Source of the DNA: Girardia tigrina
Lineage: Eukaryota
NCBI GenBank assembly: GCA_001938485.1
Contig: MQRK01225780.1
Coordinates: 48,656 to 112,655, forward strand
Direction: 5' to 3'
DNA: 64,000 nt
Shown: piece after piece, positions 25,835-38,545 of the stretch
Layout of the letters: each line of letters opens with the position of its first letter
Position numbering within the stretch: the stretch's first letter is position 1
The notes under the pieces: generated by a model
Database searches by the model: none
What the model saw: only the letters and a program-made list of their open reading frames with translations
Told to the model about the DNA's origin: nothing
Position numbers and translations under genes: made by a program

Positions 25835-26559
25835 AATATTAGTAAACAATTTATTCTCCAATTCAAAGTGATAGAAACTCATACTCTTTTGTATATATAT
25901 GGTATCCATATTCATTTAATTCTGTATAAAATTGAATAAATAAATAATATTAATTATTCCAGTAATAATAGAAGATTTGCGATTCTTGAGAGATACGCTT
26001 TCTCTGCAAAAATTTGTGTTATGTTACCTAAAATATTCTATTTTGCCTTCTAGAAAATAGTGACTGATTTTGCTAAACGTATTCTAATTTTAATTAAATA
26101 TTTACAGTATTTGTTAGTTCATTGTAAGAAAATTGTGTTTATAATTTTTGAAAACCAATTGATAAGATCAGATATATTTATATCTTATTCAATATTAACA
26201 AAAAGTATAATAATAGAAATATTTGTGCTAGATAAAAATTAATAATTCATTCTGCGCAATTATAGTGAAAAGTATAAAATAATACACGAATTCACAAAAG
26301 CAAACTTTACCGAATGTCCACAGTCGTGAAGGATTCTCAGAGGTTCCAAAAAGTAAGAGAAATATGACGAATAACTTTTGAAGTCTATTGATAGACAGTT
26401 TTATAATGGATTGTAACTGTGTAATAAATCTGTTAAACTTTTTTTAAAGTGGCATATTCATTTTAAAATACAAAAATAAACGAGTCAATATTCAAAATAC
26501 AAGTTTATATCCTATAAAAGTATCTTGTGCCATATTTTGAATTTTTTGTGCCAACAAGC

Positions 26560-27240
26560 ATTGAAATTACGTGTATTTCGACGGTTGATTACATTTGCCA
26601 TAAAACTCATGTATTTTGACTTCGAAATACAATACATAAAGGGTAAACACACATCATCACATCAGTCCCCCTGCGGCATGGCAGCCACCCTTCGATTTAT
26701 TCACAAAGAATTCAAGTGGCCGATCATGCGTAACTTCGTGGAACAAAAAAGTCAAAACCTGCGCCACTTGCTGTCATGGATTATTCAAGCCTCCATACAT
26801 TACACATCAGTAGCCTAAAGAAAACAGTCCTTGGAGGAGACTGTACATGGAATAGACTCAATCAAAGTATACCGGCAATATCTTTATCGTGGCTGACACA
26901 TACTCCAGGTGGTTGGAAGCAACCCCATGAGTCAATGGAGAGGCAAAAGTAGTCATCGAGCATGTGCAACCTACGTTTACGCGTATTGATATACCGCGGG
27001 TCGTTGTGACAGATAAAGCACCTGAGTTTGCTGGAGGCGAGCTAAGAAAATAGCTCCAAGTACTTGGATTCGAATTAGTGCACTCTCCCCAGTATAGACC
27101 ACAAGAGCATACACTGGACTATTTAGTGAACCGGCAACTGACTCTCTGTACCCACACTCACACAGTTTACAAAACATCATAATGCGATCAAAAACATTCA
27201 TTTTCAACTACAAAACTTAGCACATTATCACAACTACCTG
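26560..27240 (+). mobile_element. Gypsy pol remnant A (RNase H end, HHCC and integrase core start)
   Basis: LMYFDFEIQYIKGK; H...GMAATLRFIHKEFKWP.M...V...TCATC; PWRRL..; FIVADTYSRWLEA. Confidence 0.75.
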
Positions 27241-27299
27241 ATACTTTATCAAACAGAAACTTTGTCCACTACCACGTGACGCACGTATCACCGTCGAGA

Positions 27300-28810
27300 C
27301 GGAAGTTTTAGTTCTGAAGCAAAACGGCACCATACGCTCATAATCCTCACTTTAGGTCATACCATTACACATTGTCAAGAAGAAGGATGGTTCCATGAGA
27401 CCATGCTTGGATAACAGACTCCTTAATGCATCAACTGTCCCGGACAGTTACCCACTTCTTAGAATCACCGATATTTTTCACAGCATAACATCAACAAAAG
27501 TATTCTACATGATCGATTAATAAAAAGTATACCACTAGATCCGTCAATGGTACCGTCAGATATCACCGAAACAGTCGTAACTACACCATTTAAACTCTTC
27601 AAATAAATCTGAAAGCTATTCGGTCTCCGGAACTCCTCCCAAACATTTTAGCAATATATCAACGGAATTGTTGCAGATTTTTCCTTCGGGAAAAATGGAG
27701 GTGACGGAACTGGATAAGTAATCAGTGACTGCGTTGTTTTTACAGGGTATGTGTTTGATGTGTAGACGACTCTATGTAGACGACATTCTTGTCGATTCAG
27801 TCAACACTGAAGAAATTATTCACTATCTCAATCTCGTTTTCTCGAGACTTCACGACGCCAATTTGCAGATTAATTTGACAAATCGTATTCAGTAATCTTC
27901 CTTGGCCATACTATATCAGACCACAAACACTCGCCCTAGCAGAACAACTCCAAGCAATCTAATCCATCCAAAATTAAAAAACTGTCTCAGACCTACGCAG
28001 TTTTCGGGAGATTGAAAATTAATCCTACACATGCATCATTAATTGCTCGACATTGACCATATATCTGTCGTCCGAAAGCTCCGGACACAAGAATCAGATC
28101 ATAAAGTGGATTGAAAACCTGAAACAAGCATTCGAAGCCATTAAGATAGCCATGTCAAAGTTGAACGTCCTGTCCTATATCTTAAAGGAAGCTCCTTTGA
28201 AACTCATAACCGACGCATCCAACATCGCAGCCGGTGCTATACTACAGCAAATCATCTCCGACCACACAAAACCACTGGAGTTCTTCTCTTACAAATTCAG
28301 CGCTTTCGAAAAACGTTAATTAGTATTTGATAGAGAGTTCCTCGCTATTTCCTCGCCGTAGAACATTCAAAACTTCACTCATACGGAAGAAATTCACTAT
28401 AAAAATAGACCTGAAATCCATAATCTACCTGCTCACAATCAGAAACATTTTACCAGAACAATAACTACAAATTTCATTTATTTCCGAATTTATCTTCACA
28501 TCAAACACATACCCTGTAAAAACAAAGCAGTCACTGATTACTTATCCAGTTCCGTCACCTCCATTGAATTCTTGCCAATGCTAACGTATTAGAACTTATG
28601 TGATAATCCACCATACACCAAGGATACCCTCTAATTTATCTACACCACTAAGACTGACCGAATCGCTACTAAGGACACCAAGAACAATCTTAGGCGAACC
28701 ATTATGCAAACAAGCTTTTCATTACGTTCGCAAGTTACACCACCCGGCAGCACTAATTCATAGAAACTAATACGCATACGCATTTGTGGTCTTCTATTGG
28801 CCGAGATGTC
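27300..28810 (+). mobile_element. Gypsy pol remnant B (RT, RNase H, start of integrase zinc finger)
   Basis: VKKKDGSMRPCLDNRLLNASTVPDSYPL; YVDDILV; LKLITDASNIAAGAILQQ..PLEFFS.KFS..EKR. Many stops and frameshifts. Confidence 0.85.
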
Positions 28811-30513
28811 AAGAAATTTAAGATCAATCATAAACTCAAACAACAGTTTTATCATTTTCCGTCTTATCATTTTATCATTATACAGTGCATGTTGATATAA
28901 AATTAGAAATAATAAATTTGCAAGATGATTGCACAAGAAATTTTATGCAGCTTTTGCAAGAAAATAAATAATGGGCAATAAGGAAATTTCAAAAAACTTG
29001 CCAAGTAATAGTTATTAATTTTCAGTTCAACTTACATGTGTGAACAAACTTGTTCATTAATGAATCTAAAGAAAAGAACAACAAGATTTACATTTTACAT
29101 TTTAAAAGGCTGTTAAAAATAACTACTACATGTTTCGAACTAGATATCAAGAGAACGACGATATCAATGTGCGATGCAAAGCGCCTCAAATCGTCGAACT
29201 AGTTTTTTTTTCATCAATTTGTTGCACTGAATTATTTAGTTTATTCGTAAATAAAATTTTGTACTTTTTTTAATATTTTTATTTATATTTTTAATTTTAA
29301 TATTTCGTCCAGGCCGTGAAAATAAATTTTCTTTCCAATTCTGCCCGAGTCAAAAATTGTTGGACATGTTTGGACTAACCTCATTTATAAATATTAATCT
29401 TTCTTCCAACTGATGAAATTCCAGAAACTTTAAATAAATTAAGGTAATATTTACTGATAAAACGGGCGAAGTTATTGACTGCTTCCAAAATGAAAGAATG
29501 AAAAGATACTTACTCAATGGTGTTACCGTTAGCTCATTTTGAGCATATGTATGACTTTCTATAAAATGGACTTTTGTATATTCAAGACAAATGAATTTCT
29601 TTCTCCGAGAATTGTAGTAGGACTTAATCATGTAGTTCTATCAATTATCGTCAGACATTTTATAATTTTAATTTCAAGTTTTGTTTAACGTCTATTTTTA
29701 ACACTATTAATGTTCGTAAAAATAACTTTTAAGGGAAAATATAATTGAAAATCTTTGATAATTTATTTATTTTAGAGTGCCTTAGATGTAGTAATTGTAA
29801 AATGTTCAGTCCAACACGGTTACTGTAAGCGTGGCACTAATCAAATTATCAAAGTAAATTTCATAAATTCTTTCAACAATTTCCTTGATGGTCCAACGGA
29901 GATTGATTGATAATTAATATAGACCAGAACCCATAAACAAATGTCATACACATTGAAAAATGGCAATTTTATACAGCATATCATTCATTAACTGAATAAA
30001 CAAACTGATATTTTGTTCGGAAAATTTAAGTATAATTTTTTAATGTTTTATTAAATTATCGTTTTCTATTTGATTATATATTTCCAGAGAAATGATATTT
30101 GAAAAATACTGAAAATATTTTTTAAAACAATTTTCTCATAATTTAAACAAATAAAATTTTCAACTGATAACTTTTTTTTCGTTTGATCGTAAATTTATTA
30201 GGGGAAAATTATTATGATAAAATTATTAAAAATATTTCATGAAAAATTTATTTTTAATTTAAATAAATTACAATGTAGCTTGAGAGATATAAAATGCTTC
30301 TTTCACTTTTATATTTTTTTTAAAGTTAAGTGTCTTAAGGTCCATAGTCAAATAAGGTCACATTATGTTTTGTAAATCTCATCAGGTACTGTCTTCTGTC
30401 ACAAGGTTAAACATATTTTCCGATATGCTTTGTATAAAAATGGTTTATTAATGTTGAATAATTATTTTATTTCTTTTTAATATCAATGAGGCGATAATAA
30501 TAATAATCATTGT

Positions 30514-30565
30514 AATACAGTCCATCTGTTGTGCTAATACAACTAATTATGGTTTCTTAAACATT
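30514..30565 (-). repeat. ~50-bp dispersed repeat next to a (TAA)n tract; second copy at 52154-52205. Probable LINE/SINE 3' end
   Basis: ATACAGT..A.CTGTTGTGCTAATACAA.TA.TTATGGTTTCTT.AACATT is shared by both sites; each runs into a (TTA)n tail on the minus strand. Confidence 0.6.
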
Positions 30566-30700
30566 TATATACATCAATATAGTAATATCCTTTCCATTAC
30601 ATTCTCTGGTTAAATGACAACGGTTTACCTGGTTACTTTCATATAAATAATTATACACCCATATTCATATGTATTAACCCTAATTATATTTATATTTATG

Positions 30701-30760
<60 letters not shown>

Positions 30761-30810
30761 NNNNNNNNNNNNNNNNNNNNNNNNNNNNNNNNNNNNNNNN
30801 NNNNNNNNNN

Positions 30811-32152
30811 TTGCATAAGTTCCCGCCGTTTTTTAAACATTTATTTTCAAAGAAATCAAAGAATTTTAACAACCAAAATAATGACTCAGTTAATTATATA
30901 TTTAATGAAATCCTAAAATTTTAACAGCATAAATAATAACACTTCAATCAATTATGTACTCTCCTTCATTGTTCACTACTTTTTCCCATCTTTCCACCAG
31001 TTTGTTGATTCCATTTCGCCAGAAATCCTTAAGTCGAGTCTCGAAGAAGTTGTTGAGTCAATTCTCAAGATGATCCTGATTTTCGAAGCTAAGACCCCTC
31101 ATTTCATTTGAAAGGCAGCGGAAGAGAGGGTAATCCGTCGGGAGAGGTCTGAGGAATAGGGATGATGTTGAAGGACCTTCCAACCGAGCTCTTGGAGTGC
31201 CATTTTGACAGTTTTTGCGGTGTGTGGTCGAACATTGTCATGGAGGAGGATCACCTGGCCTTGTCGATCCGGTCTTTTTTGTTGAATTGCCTCATTGATT
31301 CGATGTAATTTGGCTTTATAGAGATTCTTTTCTACTGTAATGTTCTTTCTAAGCATTTCCCAGTGGGTTATACCTTCCCAATCCCACCATACGCAAACAA
31401 TTGTCTTCATCGAGTGCAGGTCTTTCTTGATCCTGGGCTAAGGCTTCTCTCCTGGACTCACCCACTCTTTCCTTTGCTTCATATTCACATAGAGACACCA
31501 TTTCTCGTCTCCAGTGACGATTCTGCATAAGAAACGTTGTTTGTGGCAATGTCTTCCTTGGTGTCGAGCGAGATTTTGAGCAGCAATGGAAAGCGGCTTA
31601 TCCTTCTCTTTTTGGGTGAGTGCGTGTGGGACCCAAACTCCAAGCTTTTGAGTGAAACCCATCAACTGAAGATGGCGTGAAATTGTCGCAAAATCAAAAT
31701 TCATCTTTTCGGCCGATTCTCTGCATATCTGGCGGCCATCTTACTTCAAAATATCCCCGAGTTGGTCCTCGTCCATCTCGACTGGTCTTCTGGAGCAAGG
31801 AGCGTCGTTGAGGTCGAAATTATGGTGTTTGAACCTGGAAAACCAATCCCGAGCAGTTATCTCAGCTATAGCGTCATCTCCATACACGACACAAATATCC
31901 CTGGTAGCTTCACTCGCTTTTTGACCTCGATTAAAAGCGAAAAGAAGGTGTCGAAAATGCAATTTTTTGTCGACTTGACAATCCATTTGACGGTTCTAAA
32001 AAAAGACAAAAAAATAATATAGTTAAAAACGGTTACTTTAATCTTGTAGAGCATAGCACGGGCTTTCTAATGGTATATAACACTTCGCCAAACTTCAAAA
32101 AGTCTTTGTAGAACAAATAGTTTCATGTAACGGTGGGAACTTATGTAACAAC

Positions 32153-32156
<4 letters not shown>
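30811..32156 (-). mobile_element. Full-length ~1.3-kb mariner, frameshifted, inserted in (TA)n
   Basis: WVPHAL, TGDEKW, HDNVRPH, HPYSSDL motifs. TIR remnants TTGCATAAGTTCCCGCCGTT (cut by the gap) and AACGGTGGGAACTTATGTAACAACCCAA|TA. Confidence 0.93.
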
Positions 32157-32203
<47 letters not shown>

Positions 32204-32959
32204 GCCAGTCCCGACTGGAGTAACCATACCTTTATTGGTTACTTCCAGTCCGGTAACCGATATAATAAATTATAGAAATCATTTACATATAATCATTATA
32301 ATTCAAGTGTTCGAAAATTTTATTAACTAACACAATATTTATTATTCGATTCAAGTATTCATATATATTATAATACCCAATTCTAATTTTCAACTGTTTT
32401 CTCTAAAAAATAATGTATCGGTTAAATGATCCAAAAATCCAAGATAAATCTTTCATTCATTGGTCTTCTACTTAGACTTCACATTCTTGAACATTCTGTA
32501 CTGAAAGCAACTTATTTTTTTTTAATTTCATATGCATCCTTTCCTTTTTTTGTGATTGATTATAAAATCGTTTTAATTTTTTCATTATTTATATGATCAA
32601 TTATTTGTAATAAAAACATCTTAATTTATATTTGTTATTCATACTTTTTATTCCTATTGGTAAATTCATAAAATAAATCGACTCCACTATCAACCATTGT
32701 TATTTACTATTAGTTTTTTATCTAACTATTCATTGATTCTATTTTAGAAAGACAACCACAGTTACTCATATACTAGCGTCCTAACAAATATTTAATTATT
32801 TTTGTGTTCTTGGAAGCTCGAAAAACTATACCCAATTTCACTACTATTATTATTATTGCTATGCACGGATAAGGAATGATGGCCCATGGAAAAGATAACT
32901 GAATGAGTAAATTGTATAATAGATGAGACAATAAATAAAAGAACTAAAATAGTCAAATG

Positions 32960-33058
32960 ACAATGTTTGTTAAGGAAGCCAACCGATTCGATATCTCAAT
33001 TAATATACTCTCTTAAAATGTAAAAATATATAATGAATACGAACTTTATTACTGACTT

Positions 33059-33098
<40 letters not shown>

Positions 33099-33148
33099 NN
33101 NNNNNNNNNNNNNNNNNNNNNNNNNNNNNNNNNNNNNNNNNNNNNNNN

Positions 33149-33192
<44 letters not shown>

Positions 33193-33291
33193 AAGTCAAT
33201 AATAAAGTTCGTATTCATTATATATTTTTACATTATAAGAGAGTATATTAATTCAGATATCGAATCAGTTGGCTTCCTTAACCAACATTGT
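32960..33291. repeat. Inverted repeat (~104-bp arms, ~5 mismatches) centred on (TA)n with an assembly gap
   Basis: 32960-33063 is the reverse complement of ~33187-33291. Confidence 0.85.
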
Positions 33292-34095
33292 TGATTGATA
33301 TTTGATAATGAAGTTGATGAACTTCATAATAGGCTTTCTAAAAATGGATTTAATAAAAAGTATTTAAATAAAATCATAAAAGATACTGTTGAATCCATTT
33401 ATTTAAAATCAAATAATACATCAAATATAACTTCGGGAAATGACATTGATAATCAAATGATTATCAATCTAAAATTACCGTACTCAGACAGAGCAAAAGA
33501 ATTCAATCGATTTTTAGAACATCGAATACCTGTTGGCTTAAAATTGAGTGTAATCTTTGTAACTAATAAATGCCGGAACTATTTTTCCAACAAATCAAAA
33601 ACTCCTTTGTGTATTAAGGTAAATCTAGTTTATCAATTTAAATGTCGCAAGTGCGAAGCATTGTACATTGGAGAGACAAGTCGTCATCTCCGCACTAGAA
33701 TTGCTGAACATACTTAATCGAGTAGAAATCGCTCGATATTGAGCCATATTAAAAGATGTAAAGGTAATCTTATGGATTACAATAAAGATTTTAAAGTGAT
33801 TTTAAATTTGACACAAATTATGAAAAGAGTATTGCCGAAGGATTGTTAATAAAACATCATAAACCATGCTTAAACGTGCAAGGTGATTCATCTAATCATA
33901 TTAAAGTTTTTTAAATATCATTAAAATACTTTTTTTAAAAAGCATGTTTTTGAGACGTATGATGTAATAGTTTTCAACTATATAAATAGTAATTAATCAC
34001 CTTATTTCATTGCACTGAAGATGCCGAAATGGTGAAACGCGTATGTATTGTGAATAAATTTAATATTAAAAATGGCCTTTGTTTTCATTATTATT
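33292..34095 (+). mobile_element. Penelope-like element 3' fragment (linker + GIY-YIG + terminal repeat), second family
   Basis: LSKNGF...LKLPY...KSKTP....NLVYQFKCRKCEALYIGETSRHLRTRIAEH, followed by a 3' UTR containing a hammerhead. Confidence 0.9.
34006..34054 (+). ncRNA. Minimal type-I hammerhead ribozyme
   Basis: CATTGCA CTGAAGA (34015-21) T GCC GAAAT GGT GAAA (34034-37) CGCGTA|TGTATTG. Palindromic helix III ACGCGT, GUA cleavage triplet ending 34043, helix I CATTGCA/TGTATTG. Confidence 0.85.
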
Positions 34096-34124
34096 AAAAA
34101 TGTCATTAGCAGTTCTAGATAATA

Positions 34125-35824
34125 CAGTGTCGCTCAAATTAATCCATCAGTACATTTTTTTTCATATTATTTAAATTTGTACAAAATTTACCAAACCAAC
34201 CATTCTTGAAATTTTACATGTAACTAACTTAAACATTGAGTTAATTTATCAATAAAAATATCTCGTAAAAAATAAAAATTGAAATATTTATGTAAGATTT
34301 TCAAAAAATTTGGTCGCTCAAATTAATCCGCCATTACGTAATATCAATAAAATTTTATCATTTCTGTAAAAATCTATTAAATTATAATTACATTATTGTT
34401 TAAGAAACCAAGACAATGAAAATCCTAATGAAATTTTATTAGAAAAAGACAGACCGAATAACGGTTATTAATATTTTATGGGTCCTCCTTTTGCATCAAT
34501 ACAAGCTTGAATTCGTCGAGGCATACCATCGATGAGAACATGACAAGCAGCCTTAATGTCCTGATCATTGTTCCATATATATTTTATTGTATTTATGAGT
34601 TCTTCTTTGGTATTTATATGCACAATGTGAACTTTTCTTTTGACAAAAGCCCATAAATTCTCTATTGGAGAGAGATCTGGGCTATATGGAGGCCATTTTA
34701 AGACAGCAATGTTCTGGCTTTCTAGAAATGAAGTCACAGACTTGGACTTATGACACGGAGCATTATCCTGCTGAAAAATATCAATCAAAAATGAATGACG
34801 TTCATTCATTAGGGGTAACAGGTTCTTTTTAAGGATATTTATGTACTTTTCTGAATATATGGTTCCTTCAACTATTTCTAAGACTCCTGTTCCATCTTTT
34901 GAAAAGCAGCCCTGACCATAATTCGTTTAAGAACTGGTCGATGTTGCCTAGTGTGTTCATTTTGAATTAGTTGGCCTTTTCTTTTTCTTATATATTGTGC
35001 TCGTGGAGGACATATATCAAAAGCAGATTCATCGGAAAAAAGAACCTAAAATTCAATGAAAAATATTATTACGTAATACAGCTATTATTTATTCTACCTT
35101 CTTCCAAAGAAAACCATTCCACTTTTCGTACAATTTAAACCATTTATATCGTACATCTTTTTGGCGTTTAGACAGTGAAGGTGATATTAGAGGTCGGTAT
35201 GAAGATAAAGTACTTCTTATTAATGATCGTTTCATGGTATTAAGACTCACATTCATGGCATTCAAACCAACAGCAGTTTGTATTGTACTTGAGGTTGCTT
35301 TAGGATTTATCAAAGCTTGCTTCACGAGTGCCCTGTCAATTCGATCAGATAGTTTTCTTTTTCTACCACATTTTACATTTCGTTGCGCTCCAATTTGGCC
35401 GGTTTCTTTGTATCTTTTTATGATACCCGATATCGTTGATCGAGGGATATCAGTATCCAATGAAATTTGAATCTGTGTCTTCTTCTCATGATAGTTTTTA
35501 ATAATTATTTCACGGATAGATAGTGGTGTATCCATAAGGGCAGAATCTTATTAAATAATATAGATGATCAGTATCATGTATAATAAAAAGAACAAAATTT
35601 TATTGATATTACGTAATGACGGATTAAATTGAGCTACCAAATTTTTTGAAAATCTTACATAAATATTTCAATTTTTATTTTTTATGAGATATTTTTATTG
35701 ATAAATTAACTCAATGTTTAAGTTAGTTACATGTAAAATTTCAAGAATGATTGGTTTGGTAAATTTTGTACAAATTTAAATAATATGAAAAAAATGTACT
35801 GATGGATTAATTTCAGCGACACTG
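34125..35824 (-). mobile_element. Tc1-family IR-DR transposon (Minos-like) with an intron-containing transposase
   Basis: TA|CAGTGTCGCTCAAATTAATCC...GCGACACTG|TA; ~230-bp TIRs with inner direct repeats. Exon 35535-35098, 52-nt GT-AG intron, then VLFSDES...FQQDNAPCH...WPPYSPDLSPIENLW. One frameshift near 34911. Confidence 0.93.
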
Positions 35825-36283
35825 TATATATATATATATATATATATTAATTTAACCAGACAACAGAAAGATAAATAGAAAACGTGTTATTTAATCACAG
35901 AAATTTAACTGTACAGAAAGCAGTTTGAACTAACCGAAATTGTTAATTACTTCGTTTCAGGATGGGAAATATAGTTGCTTTGGTCCTTTAACCAGCTTCT
36001 TAAAATTTAATTTGTGAAACTTTCTTTGTTGAATTGGGCAGATGAAAATCGTTTCTTCGGTCAGTATCTTTTCTTCATATACTGAGTGAATTTTCACAAA
36101 GAAGAAAACATAGAAGAAAACAAAGAACCAAATATATAAGAATAAATGAGGTAAAAAGATTATAATACAAATATGAGCATAAATATGATATTATAAAGAA
36201 GAATACAAATGAGACGATTTAAGGCATTTTTACCTCTTGTTTTATGTCTATTGCGTTTGTTATTTCAATATCATATTTATTAA

Positions 36284-36730
36284 CCTTTTTAGTCCCGTCG
36301 GCACCATATGGTGCCAGGGGGCAATATCTTTTGAACCGCTTTTAATAATTTTTTTAAAAATTAAACCCCATGCATTACACCAAAAGAGATATACAGGGGC
36401 TCAAACGTAGCCAAATTTGTACTTTTTTCAAGAAAATCGATGTAATTTGACTACGTCTATGAATATATAGATGAAAATTCAGATTACATATCACAAATTC
36501 CTATTAAATCGTTTTAATGTAAATCGATTCATTTATTTATATAGTAAATCGTTTGTATAAAAATTAAATGTGGTACTCATAAATCATCACAACATCCTCT
36601 TGGTAGCCGCTATGGACGAATTCAGAGAGAATATCGCTGATGTCGATTCTGAAAATGATTCTGATGATGAATTTGATTTGATGGATAATCAAGAAGATAA
36701 TACAACGGAGAGTAATGAAAAATTTTTGTA
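36284..36730 (+). mobile_element. piggyBac-like left end remnant
   Basis: TTAA|CC start, subterminal palindrome GGCACCATATGGTGCC, then acidic MDEFRENIADVDSENDSDDEFDL like piggyBac N-termini. No DDD core seen. Confidence 0.5.
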
Positions 36731-37329
36731 GCAGGATTTATACCCGGTTTTATTCAACTTGTTTTTCCAGCTCAATATTTTCAAATTTTTTTATAATTAC
36801 TTATCTTTTTATTTTTCATGCATAATTTATCAAGTAATCTATGTTAAATAAACATATTTGAGCAAAACGAAATTTGAAACTCAATAAGTTAATATATCAC
36901 ATGTGTCGACGATCCTGATTTATTATAAATTTTTATGTGTTAATTGCATTGTAATGGAACTATATATTTATTTTTACTTTTAGTTTTGAAAATCGACAAT
37001 TTGAAACTATTGATTGTAAAAAAATCTGATTAACGTGAATGACTTTTCTAAAATATTTTCATAATGAATATTTATTCAATAAGTAAAAGCATCATAATGA
37101 AAAAAGTGTATTAAGTTAACTTTAAAATAAAATCTTCAAATTGATATTTTAAAATACCAGCTTAAAGCAATTAAAGGCTTAAACAATACAAAAAGTTTTA
37201 AAAAATAACGAGTAGGAACACAAATTTAAAGTTTTTTGTTATGATAATATATTTCGATGTTTTGATCATTCACGATTGTGTAATGTGTTGCGTAAAATTA
37301 ACCACTTAAGTCTTAAATAATATTATTAA

Positions 37330-37897
37330 TAAAAAAATTTTTTTATAAAAACAACCACGTTTTTCAAGCATTACCAATGCACTAAAAAGAGGAAAATAAT
37401 TTTTTTCTAGACATGTGAGAAATTTTATANNNNNNNNNNNNNNNNNNNNNNNNNNNNNNNNNNNNNNNNNNNNNNNNNNNNNNNNNNNNNNNNNNNNNNN
37501 NNNNNNNNNNNNNNNNNNNNNNNNNNNNNNNNNNNNNNNNNNNNNNNNNNNNNNNNNNNNNNNNNNNNNNNNNNNNNNNNNNNNNNNNNNNNNNNNNNNN
37601 NNNNNNNNNNNNNNNNNNNNNNNNNNNNNNNNNNNNNNNNNNNNNNNNNNNNNNNNNNNNNNNNNNNNNNNNNNNNNNNNNNNNNNNNNNNNNNNNNNNN
37701 NNNNNNNNNNNNNNNNNNNNNNNNNNNNATTATTTTCTTTCAAAATTTTTTTTATAATATTGTATTGTCATCGGAAGCAAGCCTGTATAAAAAAATTCAG
37801 CTCAATTGGATGACTGAAAGTGGTCGAAAAATCAATCGCAAGATTTGTTCCAGACAGACAAACAGACAAGAAAGCAAGCTAATAAAAACGTGGTAAA
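37330..37897 (-). mobile_element. Helentron-associated (HINE/DINE-1-like) non-autonomous repeat, copy 1
   Basis: Near-identical to 55820-56439. The minus strand starts TTTTACCACGTTTTT, has a (GTCT/GTTT) microsatellite and ends in the inverted AAAAACGTGGT plus T-run. Interior is a gap. Confidence 0.6.
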
Positions 37898-37899
37898 AT

Positions 37900-38245
37900 T
37901 GGTTGAGAGTGCCATTTAAACATTGATTTTTGAATCACTTTATCTTATTAACAATTATTAAAAGACACTCTCAATAAATTTAAAAATGCTTGCACCAAAT
38001 ATTGAAATTATTTATACTTAAGTTATATTTACAAGTTTTCCTTCTCTCAACAATATTACTCTTATCATATCAACAAGAATGATCTTGAACTCGTTTGAAG
38101 AGATAACGGACAGCTTCTCCAATGTATATTGGATTGCAGTCATTATTGCATACTGATAAACAATGACATAACACAGACTCAAAGGAGTAGGTGAATTTTT
38201 ACACATATTTTCAACTTTAAGTGACGGAGATATATATTTCAAATT
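37900..38245 (-). mobile_element. Decayed Penelope GIY-YIG fragment related to the 12781-15145 family
   Basis: SLKVENM..TPLSLC..IVYQY...YIGE.VR mirrors 14630-14990; truncated by the HINE-like insertion. Confidence 0.75.
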
Positions 38246-38497
38246 AAAAAATATTTAATGCTCAATTAATTAATATGCAAACTTATAGAGGGGTTACAGG
38301 TATAATATTTATTGACAAAACAAAACTTGTAAATGTAACTGGAGTAACTCGTAATGATTTAATAACTATGTGCTAGAACTTTAGAAATTATTAGCAAAGT
38401 GTCCTTTAAATAAAATTGACAATAAATTTTTTTCATTATTATAATTTTTTAGAGTATTGTATTTTCATCAACAACAAAGAACACTAAAAAATATTAA

Positions 38498-38545
38498 TTA
38501 GCAGCTGATGATGATCAAGGAGGATCGAAATATGTATATGAAAAT
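38498..38545 (+). ncRNA. Degenerate hammerhead ribozyme motif
   Basis: CTGATGA (38505-11) T GATC AAGGAG GATC GAAA TATGTA. The core and helix II are intact; helix I pairing is largely lost. Confidence 0.55.

Noticed and set aside
29409-29430. CTGATGA...GAAAC spacing; similar at 63042-63062
   Set aside because: No helix II or helix I pairing is possible, so these are chance motifs.
30625-30916. ORFs with IYIYIY/XXXX runs (also 33000-33251, 37306-37813, 41193)
   Set aside because: Artefacts of (TA)n tracts and N gaps.
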